DNA from: Anthoceros angustus
Lineage: Eukaryota > Plantae > Anthocerotophyta
Length of the DNA stretch: 64,000 bases
Direction: 5' to 3'
Assembly: GCA_010909165.1 (NCBI GenBank)
Contig: VJWM01000106.1
Location: forward strand, 1,006,380 to 1,070,379
This document shows positions 25,477 to 38,900 of this stretch, piece by piece. The notes below the pieces were generated by a model. The model made no database searches and was not told the DNA's origin. It saw nothing but the letters and a program-made list of their open reading frames with translations. Both the position numbers and the translations under genes were made by a program. Within the stretch, counting starts at the first letter, position 1; every line of letters starts with the position of its first letter.

Positions 25477-26089
25477 TCTTCTATGAATATCTTACGAAAT
25501 CAATAGGATTGAAAACGAGGATTATATAAGCCCAAGCCCGCCTAGGTATAGATATAATGTGTAAAGTGTGTCCGTGGATGTTCTTAGGACCTAATATGGT
25601 TAGTGCATATAACCCATATCGTATTGAGAGTTATATTCTCTCTCAATAAAATCGCTCTTGTCTTTATCTAGTTGCATCCGTTGATGTGTATGAATATATG
25701 GTCCTTCCATCCCAGCGAGACATAAATAAAGTTGTTGTTGTTGTTGTTGTATCAATATGGGTGTAATATTGGTGTGACATCCACACTAAAACCGGAGGAC
25801 GCTCGATCAATCAAAACCCGAATGATCGCTCGTTCCCCATTCCCGTGATGACGTGACCTCGGCATCCGCTCGCTTGACCCCCAAATGTCCAGCAGCTTTG
25901 CCTTAAACGTAGCGTGGCGTGACCTCGGCATCCGCTCGCTTGACCCCGATGGCTTGCGAGCTTTGCGTTTAACGCGCGGCGTGGCCTCGTGCTTTGCCTT
26001 AACGCGGCGTGGCCTCCGTGCTTTGCCTTAACGCAGTGCGGGTTATAGGTCGATTGCGAGCTTTGCCTTAACGGCGTAGCGGCGGCGGG

Positions 26090-26351
26090 TTGCCGTTAGC
26101 GGCGGCGTTATCATTTCAGTTTCCCTCCGCCACCGCAGAAGGGACCGAGCTGCGTGGTGAAACAAGCTCCAACAACCTAGCATTTCCGCGCATCCTCAAA
26201 CGCGCCGTGGCCATAGTGGAAGCTCACCAAGACCAAAGGCTACTGCCTGAATGGCACCACAAGGATGCAACGAGCGCAAGACCAGCCGAGCATCGGCATC
26301 CGCAAGGCGCAGCTCGACCTTGCCTTCCTCGTGGATGCTACATTGAGCATG
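26090..26351 (+). pseudogene. 5' stub of the type A gene (ATG region deleted) fused to the CRE-like fragment
   Basis: IRKAQLDLAFLVDATLSM, then an abrupt switch to sequence matching ~8918 onward. Confidence 0.8.
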
Positions 26352-27095
26352 CTACTTGCAAGGCGTTGGGACTCCAGGACCCCCAAAAGCCACGGATTCG
26401 TAGCTCCTCGGAGTAGCAATACTAAATTGGTGAAAGGAGATGGCCCCGAACTACTTTTTGAGCTGGATGGCAATGTTGCATCGACAAGCTGCAAAATGCC
26501 TCCCTCACAGATAGAGCGTGCCAAGTGGGCTTTTCTGACCAACAACCGACTTGGCCCCTAAACTTGAGAAATGCGAAAGGAGTCTCCCCTAGCCACATGG
26601 CTAGCATAATGAACAATTCCAAAAACCACTGACGGGTCCTCGGAGTGAAGTAGTCCGGAGGTGGTCATAGACCATTCCCGAAATACCCCTAAAGAAAGAC
26701 GCATAAGCGAGAGGTAAGGGCCACCAAAACCGGCTGTCGAGAGTAAAGGGCTCCCTTTGTTATTCTCAGGAGCCCAACCACCAAGCAAAGGGCGCAAAAC
26801 AAGACTAGCGGATCTGATCCAAAAAGAAAAGTGAAAGGCTTCAAAGAAGCGCAAGACAAGACTAGCGGGATATAGATCCAAAAAGAAAAGTGAAAGGCTT
26901 CAAAGAAGCGCAAAACAAGACTAGCCGGATACGGATGCAAAAAGAAAAGTGAAAGGCTTCAAAGAACGCAAAACAAGACTAGCGGGATATAGATCCAAAA
27001 AGAAAAGTGAAAGGCTTCAAAGAACCGCAAAACAAGACTAGTAATATGGATCCAAAAAGAAAAGTGAAAGGCTTCAAAGAAGCGCAAAACAAGAC
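26352..27095 (-). mobile_element. CRE-like RT fragment plus 60-bp minisatellite (copy 2; array ~26793-27095)
   Basis: Homologous to 8918-9700. Confidence 0.8.
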
Positions 27096-27569
27096 CGGTA
27101 GACTTTAAGAAGGGAAATCATCCAAGCCAATCAAGTCACCAAGGACCAAGAACATATCTTCGTGTACTTCACCGCAAGAGGTCGTGTACTTCAAGATGCG
27201 TTGACTCGGTGAAGCTATAATCTTCTTTAATTTCTCAAGCTATGAGGTATTGCTAGTGGGACATACATCGATGATGATGACATGCCTCCAAATATTTTGA
27301 CCAAAGGATTGACTTTAGATAAACATATTACGTTTAGCGATATGCTAGGCTTAAGAGAGTAATATCGATGTGTTGAATGGGAATATTAAAAATCTATACG
27401 ATTGGTGCAACACATCCCATATTAAAGTTCACTTAATAAGTCCTACAAGTGTATAGGACAAAATGGACAAAATAGGATCTAATAAGTTCATACCCACCGA
27501 GATTGTCAAGGCGAACGGCTAAATATGTATGCATAGCACACCTTTTCAGCATATGGAGGCTCGGATACC

Positions 27570-28170
27570 ATGCCTGTTTGCCCCACCCGAATATACGCAT
27601 GTCTCCATATTCATCATCAAAATCATGAAACGCCTGCCATGGCAAGGAGCGTCCGGAATATGTAAAGTAGAACGTAAAGAATGTAAAGAATGCTTTACAT
27701 TCCGGAGGTTCGAGCGTGGAGCCTTAGCCTTCCATCTCAAATCAGCCACGCTCTCGAGGCTTAAGCCACTGAAAACATCTTCCCCGTATCGCCGCCGCCG
27801 CCAGTTGCTTCCACACCCAATGGCCTTCATACTCATGCTCCTGTAGCATCCACCAGGAACGCCACGTCCAGCGCCTGCTCCTTCTGGATGACAATGCTGA
27901 GCTCAGCCTGGCGGCTCCGCGTTGCCTCTTGGTTATGTCGTTCCAGGGACGAAAGCCGCTCATTCCTAGCAGCGAGCTTGGTTTCACCATAGCCAGCGCG
28001 CTTGTGCTGGAAGTACTTCTGCTTAGCCGCTCGTCTTAGTCGATGACGTGCTCATTCCAGCCATGGCCAGTTCGAGCCTCCGCTTCCTCAACGATCTGGC
28101 CTCCCAATAGGCCTCCGCTATCTCCGGCAGCTAGGAGCTCCACGAGTCCGCCATCGCCAGACCTGGATCC
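27570..28170 (-). pseudogene. Type C relic (copy 2)
   Basis: Near-identical to 10160-10760. Confidence 0.8.
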
Positions 28171-28699
28171 ACCTCCCAGATGCGGCAATTGCGAACGAGT
28201 TCGAGGACGGTCGCGCGCATTCCTTTTCGCCTGATTTCTACTTGAGCCTACGCCCCATTCTGCTTCAAACGTACGAGCGTGCGGGGCAGTCAGGTAACTG
28301 ATTGTTACTGATCTTACTGCTTCAGCCGTGAAGCCATTAAAACAAGTAATGGACGGAGGGATTTGCAGAATGTTACGGGATCATTACAAAGTTTCTCAAG
28401 GACCGGGTAACGTTCCACGTTCTACTCAAATTCTCCCGCATCCACCTGGGTTCACATCCTGCGGTGCTCTGGAGACTATGAATCCTCCGTAAATTCTAGC
28501 TGTTTGCATTCTGGAAAAAAGCTGCCGCACTACAAACACAAACGACGGTTCGGGTAAAGCGATGCAAGGATGGCTGCTATCATCTACCCAAAATTTGGAA
28601 GCATCCAATCCAGCAAAGTAAGCACTTAACAACCCTACAAGCCTCTGCCTTACAATCCCTACACCTCTAAAATCCCTACAACCATCTGCCTTAACATGC

Positions 28700-30461
28700 C
28701 TATGCCAGCACTGTACCTGACTTAGTGTAACCATGCATGCTCGGCTTCAGCTTTAGAGCTCGGCACACATCGTTGCATTTGTGCGTTTTGTAAAGAGGTC
28801 AAATCCCGCTTCTCCCAAGTTTGTCGTGGTGAAGCGCAACAAATCCTTGCTGTGTATGGCTGGATCACACAGCCAAAACTCGTTCTCGCCGTTTGAACTT
28901 CGCACTCGCACGCCCTGGAGGTCAGTCACCATGAGGTGACCTTTCGACCTTTCATGCGTCCAGTGACTAAACGCCTGCAAGGTAGCAGCGTAATCTGCCG
29001 TATTTACATATCCAGCATTATTCGAATACTTTATCCATGTCCCTTTCAGAAATTCTCCTTGTTGTAGAAAAGGCATGGCCCGCCGGATGCACCTTCCACA
29101 TTGAGAGTTGTTACCATGGAGAACGTCACCTGCTTAGCCCCTACCAGGTTCCTCATCTTCTCGTTAAATTCTGTGGCCATCTGTCCAGACACAGTTTGCA
29201 CCTCCATCTGCTCCAGATACCGCTCTTTCTGGTGAACATCCGAGCTCTTTGCAGCCACAGGCACCTTCAACCTCTTGAGCACTATGGGAAAGGATGTTCC
29301 TGCCGAGACTTTCGTTACCTGCGCATAATAAGGCCACCGCATAGCTCCACTTCCAATGAACGGATGTGGTGCTATCTGCACATAAACCGTTGGCATTGGC
29401 TCCAGTTCAAGATTCTTGCTGGAAGCCAGTCTCTCAAAAGCTGATCCAAGGAGCCGTAGAACTTGCCCTCAACTGCTGCGCAATCCGAGAGGGAATTTTC
29501 TGCCAATCTCGGGAATCCCAGGCTGCACCGTCTCGAAAACGGACGTGTCGGGCGGCCTTTCGCTTTGCCAAGACAGCTCAATGTACTGGATATGGTCTCG
29601 TTGGAGACCGCCACCACCTTCAGCGGTATGTCGCTGATGTTGTTGAAGAGCTCCTGCTGTATCCACCTCCCTCCACCTCTTTCTGAAATTCCGTCACCAT
29701 CTTCTTAGTAGACTGGTTGAGGTGACAAAATGTGTAGCTTGAAATTTTGCACCGATCGCGCAATGTCCGAAGCAGAACGCCGATATCCCGAACCAGCTTG
29801 TCCCCGTCGGCGTACCTGTCTCCTACCCGTCATGAAACCGCCTGCCATGGCAAGGAGCGTCACCAATGTGAATCAACACACGATTAGCTGCCTGCCAGCT
29901 CAAATTGGCCACATCCTCTAGGCCACTAAAACATCTTCCGCATCATCCAGGCCAGCGCCGGATGCCTTCACTTCTGACAGGGCTGTGACCAAGACGCTGC
30001 CATCACCGCGGAAGCTGGTGGTGAAGTCACACCTCTTGTAAGGGGATCGTCGTAATCCCGGTAAGACGCGAACGCCACTCGCAGCTTGGACTGAGGATGT
30101 GCTTGCGTGATGCCCTCCGCCACAGAAGCCACCTGGCCTTGCGGATGATGATGCTCAGCTCAGCCTTGCGCTTCTGCGTTGCATCCTTGCGGTGCCGTTC
30201 CAGGTAAGACAGCCGCTCATTCTTGGCTGGGAGCTGAGCTTCCACTATGGCCAGCTTCTGGCGCGTTTGAGAGGATGCAGCGTCCCTGGCCGCGCTGCTG
30301 CTGGCACTGCTTCTGCTGCTGCTGCTGCTTGTCTCACTCGATGAGATGTTTGCTTCGAGCTTCTGCAGTAGCAGCTTCAGCTTCTCCAATTCCAACCTCG
30401 TTCTGGTCCTGGTTGCGGATCTCCAATAGCTCTCCTCAATGGCCGGTAGTAGGAACGCCAT
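28700..30461 (-). pseudogene. Type A'/A chimeric VWA-alpha-kinase (copy 2)
   Basis: Near-identical to 11292-13055 at an offset of ~17.4 kb. Confidence 0.9.
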
Positions 30462-30797
30462 GGAGTTTGCTGCAATTGCGAATAAATGCTAGGTTGTTGG
30501 AGTTTTTTCACTACGCAGCTCTGCCCCTTCTGCAGGCGGCGGAGGGAAGCTTCTGGAAATGATAACGGCCGCCGCCAACGGCAACCCGTTGCCGCTAGAC
30601 CATTAAGAGCCTGCAATCGAGCTGTAACCTGCAACGCTGCTTAAGGGCAAAGCCTGCAGGCCATTGGGGCCAAGAGTACGGACGGCGAGGCCACGTCATC
30701 ACGGTGAACGAACGAACGTCCTCCGGATTTGAACAGGATGTCACTCCACACATTACATGCATGCATGTATGTCCTCCTTCGGCGCTAAAGCTCAAGG

Positions 30798-31200
30798 TGG
30801 CCTCATCCTGTTGAGGGTGTGACTGTGGGTATTCTTGCAGACTCACAGCTTCCCCTAGGCACAAATCCATCGTGCTCTTGGAGGCCATTGACTGGTCACT
30901 GAAAATCGTGATTCACAACTTCGATTTGGGTTCCAAAGTGCTTACAACAACGCACTGTTCAACCACGATACGTTTCAAGCTTGGGATGTAATAAAATCGA
31001 AGCACATACAAGAAAGTTCAACCACGATACGTCTCAAGTTCGGTATGTATTCAAATCGAAGAACATACAAGCAACGGGTGTCAGCACATGTTCGAGATTG
31101 GACGGACTCAGATCTTCTAATTCCCAAGACAAGGTTCCTTGGCAGTACAGCTATGAGGCCTGATGACTGAAAAGAGCAGTAAGGCCTGATGACTGAGAAA
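30798..31200 (+). pseudogene. Captured GT92 3' fragment (copy 2)
   Basis: Near-identical to 13391-13795. Confidence 0.9.
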
Positions 31201-31286
31201 GGCAGTGATGAGACTGCTGCTATCATGTACCGCAAAATTTGAAAGCATGCGCAGCCATCTAGCGAAGCAAAACATAATCCACAACT

Positions 31287-32105
31287 CTACGTGCCTCTGC
31301 CATACGATCCCACTGCCTTTAGCTTCAGAGCTCGGCACACATCGTTGCACTGGTGTGTTTCGTAGAAGAGCTTAAATCCTGATTCTCCCATGTTCGTCTG
31401 GGTGAAGCGTTGTAAATCTTGCTGTAGATGGCCGGATCACTGAGCCAAAACTCGTCCTCCGACCCTGGGTTCTGCGCTCGCACACCCTGGAGGTCACCCA
31501 CGATAAGGTGACCTTTAGACCTTTCATACGTCCAATGAGTGAACGCCTGCAAGGAATGAGCGTAATCGGACTTATCCACATATCCGCTATTGCAGGAATA
31601 CTTCTTCCATGATCCTTCGAGAGGTTTCTCCATGTTGTAGAATTTGCACGGCTCCCCGATGCACCTTCCACTTGGAGGGTTGTGACCACGGAGAACGTCA
31701 CCCGTCTTGCCCCTGGCAGGTTCCTCGTCCTATCATTGAATTCGTCGGCCAATCGTGCACTCACTACTTGCACCTCCATTTGCGCTAGATACCGCGCCTT
31801 ATCCAGGCGTGCAGGCCCCGGCACCTTGAAATTCTTCACCACCATCGGAAATGGTGTCCCTGACGAGTCATTCATTACCCGGGCATGAAAAGGCCACCTA
31901 TTAGCCCTTCATTGCTGAATGGGTTTGGAGCAACCTGAAGAGCAATTGCTGCGATAGCTTCCAGTTCAAGATTCATGCGGGATTCCAGTCTGGCCAAAAG
32001 GTCATCCAAGGAATCGTAAACCTTGAAACTGAATTGCTGCGCCTTGTGATAGGGAATCGTTTCCCAGTTCGGTTCCACTACTGGTTTCGGCGCCGCAGTG
32101 CCCAT
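31287..32105 (-). pseudogene. Type B kinase-only alpha-kinase (copy 2); three 1-bp losses away from an open ~273-aa frame
   Basis: 819 nt from ATG (MGTAAP) to TAG; adding one base at each of three short runs gives 822 nt with all alpha-kinase motifs in one frame. Confidence 0.85.
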
Positions 32106-32976
32106 GTCGGGGCTTCACGTTGTTTCTTGGTGACTGGTTATGTCGTTCCCGGTAGGGCAGCCGCCTCCAATACCAGTCCTGTATTTGCAAATCCGGCCTC
32201 ACTGTAGCTCCGCGATGCACAGCAGCTAGCTAGAACTTCCAGGAATCCGCCGTCGCCACAGTGGTACAGACGTCGATGTACAACCCGGTGGCGGAAATTG
32301 CGAACACTGAAGTCCGAGACAGTGAAGCGCATTCCTTTCCTCGCCTCATTTCTAAGCCGCGCCAGCGTTTCTCGTTACTCTTAAGCTTTAAGCCACTGAG
32401 GCTTGAGCTTCTAATTACGCCCCTTGAGCTTACGCCAACTCCTGAGGCTGAGCTACGCTTGAGCGTATAATCACGCCCCTTGAGCTCACGCCGCCTACTG
32501 AGGCTGAGCTACTCTGCTACACTTGAGCTGATAATTACGCCCCGTTCTGCTTCGGACGTACCAGCGTTACGCATAAGAGGCAGGTGACGATGGGCCGGCC
32601 TATCCGTGTCAGGTCCACCCGCCAATCCACTAATGACGCCATCGACGCTGGGTAGCTCGGTATGGGCAGGGCCAGAAAATAGGTTGGGCAAAGTGTTTCT
32701 CTTCTGCCCAGACTTTGGTCCATCGGGCCGTGTGCAACGACGGGGTGTGCACATTCCTGGGAATGTGGTGTGCTAACTCGAATCATAGCAACTACGGCGT
32801 GTACACATAAGGAGCGACTCCGTCACAGCCTGTCCATCAAAACTCCGCTAGCTATCCGTAAACCCACTCATGAACAAATCAGGGTTGGGGAGATGGGACG
32901 GCTGTTATCGTCTATGGCAAAATTTGAAAGCATCCCATCCAGCAAAGCAAAACCTTCTAGAAACTCATATATCTTC

Positions 32977-35900
32977 TGTTAAAATGATAGCATTAGCCCT
33001 TAGGGCACGCTTCATTATTTAAGTCACTAGAGCTCAAGCGCCACCTTGAATGGTCACCATTCAAAACGGTTACGCACAACACCGCTTGGGCAATGGCCAA
33101 GCCTACATTCTGAACATTCTTTGTACTCTTATGCAATCTAATGTAAGATCCTCGAACGACGCTCTTCACATGGTATCGAGGACGCCGCCTCGCTCTACCT
33201 ATCCAGCCACCCCATGACATCCATACGCGTCTCCTCATCATGCCTGGAGCCATAAGGCGCCAACGCCTCGAAAGAAGAGCAAGGCTGCAAGCAGAACATT
33301 TAGAAAATGTCAGATCACTTAGAGAGCAAAGGAATCTTAAAGCGGAGAAAACTTGTGGCATTACGGTTGGGCGTTACTGCGGTGTCCTGCTAATTGGGGA
33401 AGAAATTCTCTTAAGAGGTCACATTGACCAACAGAGTACGATTGGTCTTATCTCAAGTTGAATTTTTGTTTCACCAACCATGAAGAAAGCGATTCACTAC
33501 AACCACGGGCGTAATTGCCCCAATTTCCCATGAACTGCCAAAGAAGTCACATCTTGCCTAGGAAACCTAAGCCGCCAACATGGCCTCTACCAACTTCCAT
33601 CTGCAATAGACATAGAAGACACCCACAATTCCGTAATTGAAAAATTGACAGAACTGGACCAACCACATGCCCACATAAAATCTCCCCAACGAACGTACAA
33701 AGTCCTTATTACTATGCAAATAGAAATATCTACCCTACTCAGAAACACAGTTTTCAGAGTCTAGAAACCAGACACACACAAGATGTCAACCTCTCACCTC
33801 TCCTTGTCCAAGGAGGACAAGTTCGATGGCCAGCAACACAATTTCCATACCTGGAAATTCAGGATGACCAACATCCTCAAAGAGCGCAAGCTCTGGGGCT
33901 ACGTCGGCGGGGTAGGCAACCCCCCAGTCCCCATACCTTTCCCCGCAGCAGAACCCAAGAAGACAAAGACGATCGAGGACCACAACCAACAAGCTAAAAT
34001 GTTCTCATGCAAAGCATGAAGCAAGGCACCGCCCGAGCTCGAGGGGGACATCTGCATGACATAACAAGATGAAATCTATGACGCCCACGACATTATGCAT
34101 ACAATACACACCATCAAGAGCTACCTCACCTCCGCATGGCGAGGGTGACCATGTGGACCACCATGCAATGGTGTTTCGAGCCCGGTGAAGTTCCGTGCCC
34201 TTGGCTTCAACATCCCGAGGAGCTCCTAGTAGCAATTACGCTATCAACACTACCGAATCGTGGGTCGGCGTGCAAAGCTTACGAGGGGCATTCAACCTCT
34301 ACCAACTTCCATCCGCAAAAGACATAGAAGACACCCACAATTCCGTAATTGAAAAATTGACAGAATCGACCAACCACATGCCCACATAAAATCTCCCCAA
34401 CGAACGTCTGAGTCCTTATTACTATGCAAATAGAAATATCTACCCTACTCAAACAGTTTGAGTCTAGAAACCACACACACAAGATGTCAACCTCTCCCTC
34501 TCCTTGTCCAAGGAGGACAAGTTCGATGGTCCAACAACACAATTTCCATACCTGGAAATTCGGGATGACCAACATCCTCAAAGAGCGCAAGCTGGGGCTA
34601 CGTCGGCGGGTAGGCAACCCCAGTCCCCATACCTTTCCCAGCAGAACCCAAAGACAAAAGGCATCGAGGACCACAACCAACAAGCTAAAATGTTCTCATG
34701 CAAAGCATGAAGCAAGGCACCGTCAAGGCTCGAGGGGGACAGCCACACAGTACGCAGCAATGGACACATCTATGACGACGTGTGCATACAATACACACCA
34801 TCAAGAGCTACCTCGGCCTCCGCATGGCGAGGGTGACCATGTGGACCACCATGCAATGGTGTTTCGAGCTGACGGTGAAGTTCCAGCCCTTGGCTTGTCC
34901 CGAGGAGCTCCTAGTAGCAATTACGCTATCAACACTAGCTAATCGTGGTACAGGCAAAGCTTACGGGCATTCAACCTCTAACAATTCAACAAGGTACTCG
35001 GTGCTATGCTTACGAGGAAGGCGCAGGAAGGTCTTCGCTCACGGAGAACCCTCCTCCAGCGCCTTCTTCACGGAAGAGGGAGGCAACGAGGTCGCGGGCG
35101 AGGCAATTTCAGGAACAAACCGCGGCACCCCTAGAGGACGGGCTCCTTTCCCACCGTGGCGAGGTACATACAACCCTTCATGGAAGCCCGTGCGGCTCGC
35201 AAAATCCCTGACACACATACGAGGAATGCCTAAAAGATTAGGCTCTTCTAACAACTACAAATCAACATTCGATTGGCCTTAACCATGCAAATGACACTCC
35301 AAGGCTTTCTTTACTCACGTTAGCCATGAAACACCACCTACAGCACACCTCGGCTCTTGTAGCTTCCTTTTTTCAGCACAAGGGAACATGCAGTACATAG
35401 ATTCCGAGCTCAGACATGACTCCCCACAAGGAATACTTCACAAGCCTCAACCCTACAAAGACAATCCAACTTTGTTAGCCTTGGTGACAACTCCAAACAC
35501 CACATAATAGGGTCGGATCAGAGACCTAAGCGTCCAACCTAATTCAACCATGCAAATTTTAGACGTCCTCTTAGTACCTGGACTCACCAAAAATCTCTTT
35601 TCGTAAGGTTGATCAGCCGGATGCTACGTTTGTTTTGGAGATGGCCACTGCGTCATAGAAACCCCACAAGGCGATCTGATTGCCACAGGCGACCTTAAGA
35701 ACGATGATTTGTACCACCTACGGGTTAGCCACCCCTCTTCACTCTCTGCTGGCACACAGAGACAAAATCAGACCTTTCTCTGGCACGCCCGGCTTGGGCA
35801 CATGAACGTGCAGAGAATGCAGGATATGATTAAAACACAAGCTGCTCATGGTATTCCTCTTACCAATATCGAGGACTTCGGTATCTGCGACGCATGCTCC

Positions 35901-38900
35901 CTCGGCAAGAGTCACCGTCGGCCTTCCCTAAGGCATCCTACACACGAGCTACCAAGCGGCTTGCTTAGTGCATTCAACTATGCGGGCCTTTCAAACGATC
36001 CCTATTTGGATATACATATTTCATCTTGTGTAATGGCGACTTCACTCGACTCACCGTTATATACATCCTCAAGAACAAGGCCCAAGCATTCCCATGCTTT
36101 AAAGAGTACAAGATATGGTCGGAGAAGCAAGCGGTGACACCTTACTGCCTCGGATCGACGGCGGTGGTGAATCGCTCCACCCAATTTTCCACCTTCTGCA
36201 AGGAACACGCATTCATCGATTACCACTCCACACACCTCTCGTGAGAATGGGGTCGGAGCGGATGAACCGAACTATACAAAATTGCTAGCCATGCTTATTC
36301 ATGCAGCTCAAATCCTAGGCGAGGCAAAGATGTCTGTCTACATTGGTAATCGCACAATTACCTCATCCCTCTCACAGGCACTCCATATACTGACAGGCAA
36401 TAAGCGGATTTATCCTCCTTGCGGGTCTTGGTGCTCCCTGTATGCTCATGTTCCCAAGGTTATCGTGGACAAAACTCGACAACAAGGCACAAAAGCTTTT
36501 TGCTCGGCTTCACCAACGGATCAAAGGATACAAGCTAATCCACCCTCAAACGCACAAGGTGACCCATTCTCGACGTCACATTTCTTGAGGATATCGACCA
36601 CCACATCCGGTGGGAGTTTCTTCACAATCAGAGCGATGACGACAATGGTTCCATGGACTTCTCGCTCGCCACTTTCCAAAGACAACCGCCAAACCTCACC
36701 GCCCTCCACTCGGCCCGTGCCACCACGCCGGCCCCTACACCCCTTATCACACCTCAGACACACCACAACCCATCACATTCGGAGATTTCGACACGATCTT
36801 GGCGCCCCTCACTGCCTCGGCCCCTCAAGCCCCAAGAGCGCCATGGCTCTGAGCGGCGGGGGCAGGTGCTCGCAGATCCGATCCGGAGGCGATGACCTCC
36901 ATTATAGCAGCCCGCAGTGCGCACAGGACACCCTCAATCCGACAATTTTCCACACGCCGGAGAGCTCGGCGTGACGCCGCCACAACAGACGGGCACACCC
37001 CACCCGGCGCATGAGCACCACTCGCCTTCCTCACCAAGATCCCCATGGCTGCAAACCGGCGCTCTCAACAATCAGCCGCGATCACTTGCAGGGCGGACAC
37101 CTCGATTTGGGACCGGATCGACGGCGGTGGTGAATCTTGCTCCACCCAATTTTCCACCTTGCAAGGAACATTCGGCAGATTACCACTCCACACCTCTCGG
37201 AGAATGGGGTGTGAGCGGATGAACCGAACTATACAAAATTGCGGGCTAGCCATGCTTATTCATGCAGCTCAAATCCCTCGGCGAGGCGATAGATCTTATC
37301 TACATTGGTAATCGCACAATTACCTCATCCCTCTCACAGGCACTCCATATGCAACTTGGACGGGCAATAAGCGGATTTATCCTCCTTATGGTCTTGGTGC
37401 TCCGTGTATGCTCATGTTCCCAAGGTTATCGTGGACAAAACTCGACAACAAGGCACAAAAGCTTCATTGCTCGGCTTCACCAACGGATCAAAGGATACAA
37501 GCTAATCCACCTCAAACGCACAAGGTGACCCATTCGCGACGTCACATTTCTTGAGGATATACGACCACATCCGGTGGGAGTTTCTTCACAATCAGACAAC
37601 GATGGCAATGGTTCCATGGACTTCTCGCTTGGCCACTTTCCAAAGACAACCGCCAAACCTGACCTCGGCCCTCCACTCGGCCCGTGCCACCACGCCGGCC
37701 CCTCGCACGGCCCCTTATCACGCCCGCTGGACACACCACAACCCATCACATTCGGAGATTTCGACACCGTCTTGGCGCCCCTCACCCTCAGCGCCCTCAA
37801 GCCCCAGCGCCATGGCTCTCAGGAAGGGGGCAGTGCACTCGCGGGACCGCGAGATGGAGGCGATGACCTCCATTATAGCAGCCCCCAGCGCACAGGACAC
37901 CCTCACAATTTCGATCCACGGCCGGAGAGCTCGGCGTGACGCCGCCACGCAGGCGGGCACACCCCACAAGGCCGCGAGCGGCACTCGGTCTTCCTCACCG
38001 GCATCCCCATGGCTGCAAACCGGCGCTCTCAACAATGGCGCCCGATCACTTGCGGAGGACACCTCGACGCAGGACCGGATCGGACCTCTGTATGGCACAC
38101 AAGCTATATCGGCACTCGAGGCATGGAGGCATGACACCAAGACAGGCATGGTACTTATTCACAACTCAACTCTCCTACACTTACAGATCGGCTCTTCTCC
38201 ACACCGCAGCTCAAGTCGGCCAACAAATTGCTCAACAAACATTTGACATCATCCCGATTCCCAAAGGCAAACCAAAATATATACTTTGAGTTTTCTAATT
38301 ATAATAATCCGGATATTCAATCAACAATACTCAAGACGACAACAATATTTCGATCCTCATTTTGAGAGCATACATGAGGTTATTCCACATCAACTGATAC
38401 CACCCAGCCTAGGCGTAGGCAATCCCGGCTCCAATGCAGTCGACATAGATATTCTCCTACTAATGGCAAGATCCTAAGAGCAATATAGCATATTGTCTTA
38501 ATGCAAACAGACCAATTTGTCCTCGCTAGCTATCGAGGCAATAACACCACGGAAGGAACATTGGAAGCAAGCAATCAGTCGAACTAGAATCCCTAGAAGC
38601 CAATAAAACTTGGACTCTAACTCTTCTACCTAAGGATAGAAAATTGGTAGGAAGTAAGTGGACATTTAAATTAAATTAAATGTCTTTAGTATAGAAAGAT
38701 ATAAAGCTAGACTAGCTAAGGGATATTCACAAAAATATGGTTTTGACTATGACGAAACCTTTAGTCCTGCTCAAAATAACTTCACTTAGAATCCTCTTAG
38801 CTTTGGCATCTCATCACAACTATGAACTAATGCAACTTGATATTAAGATGCTTTTCTATATGGAGACCTTGATCACATTATTTATATGGAGATTCCGAAG

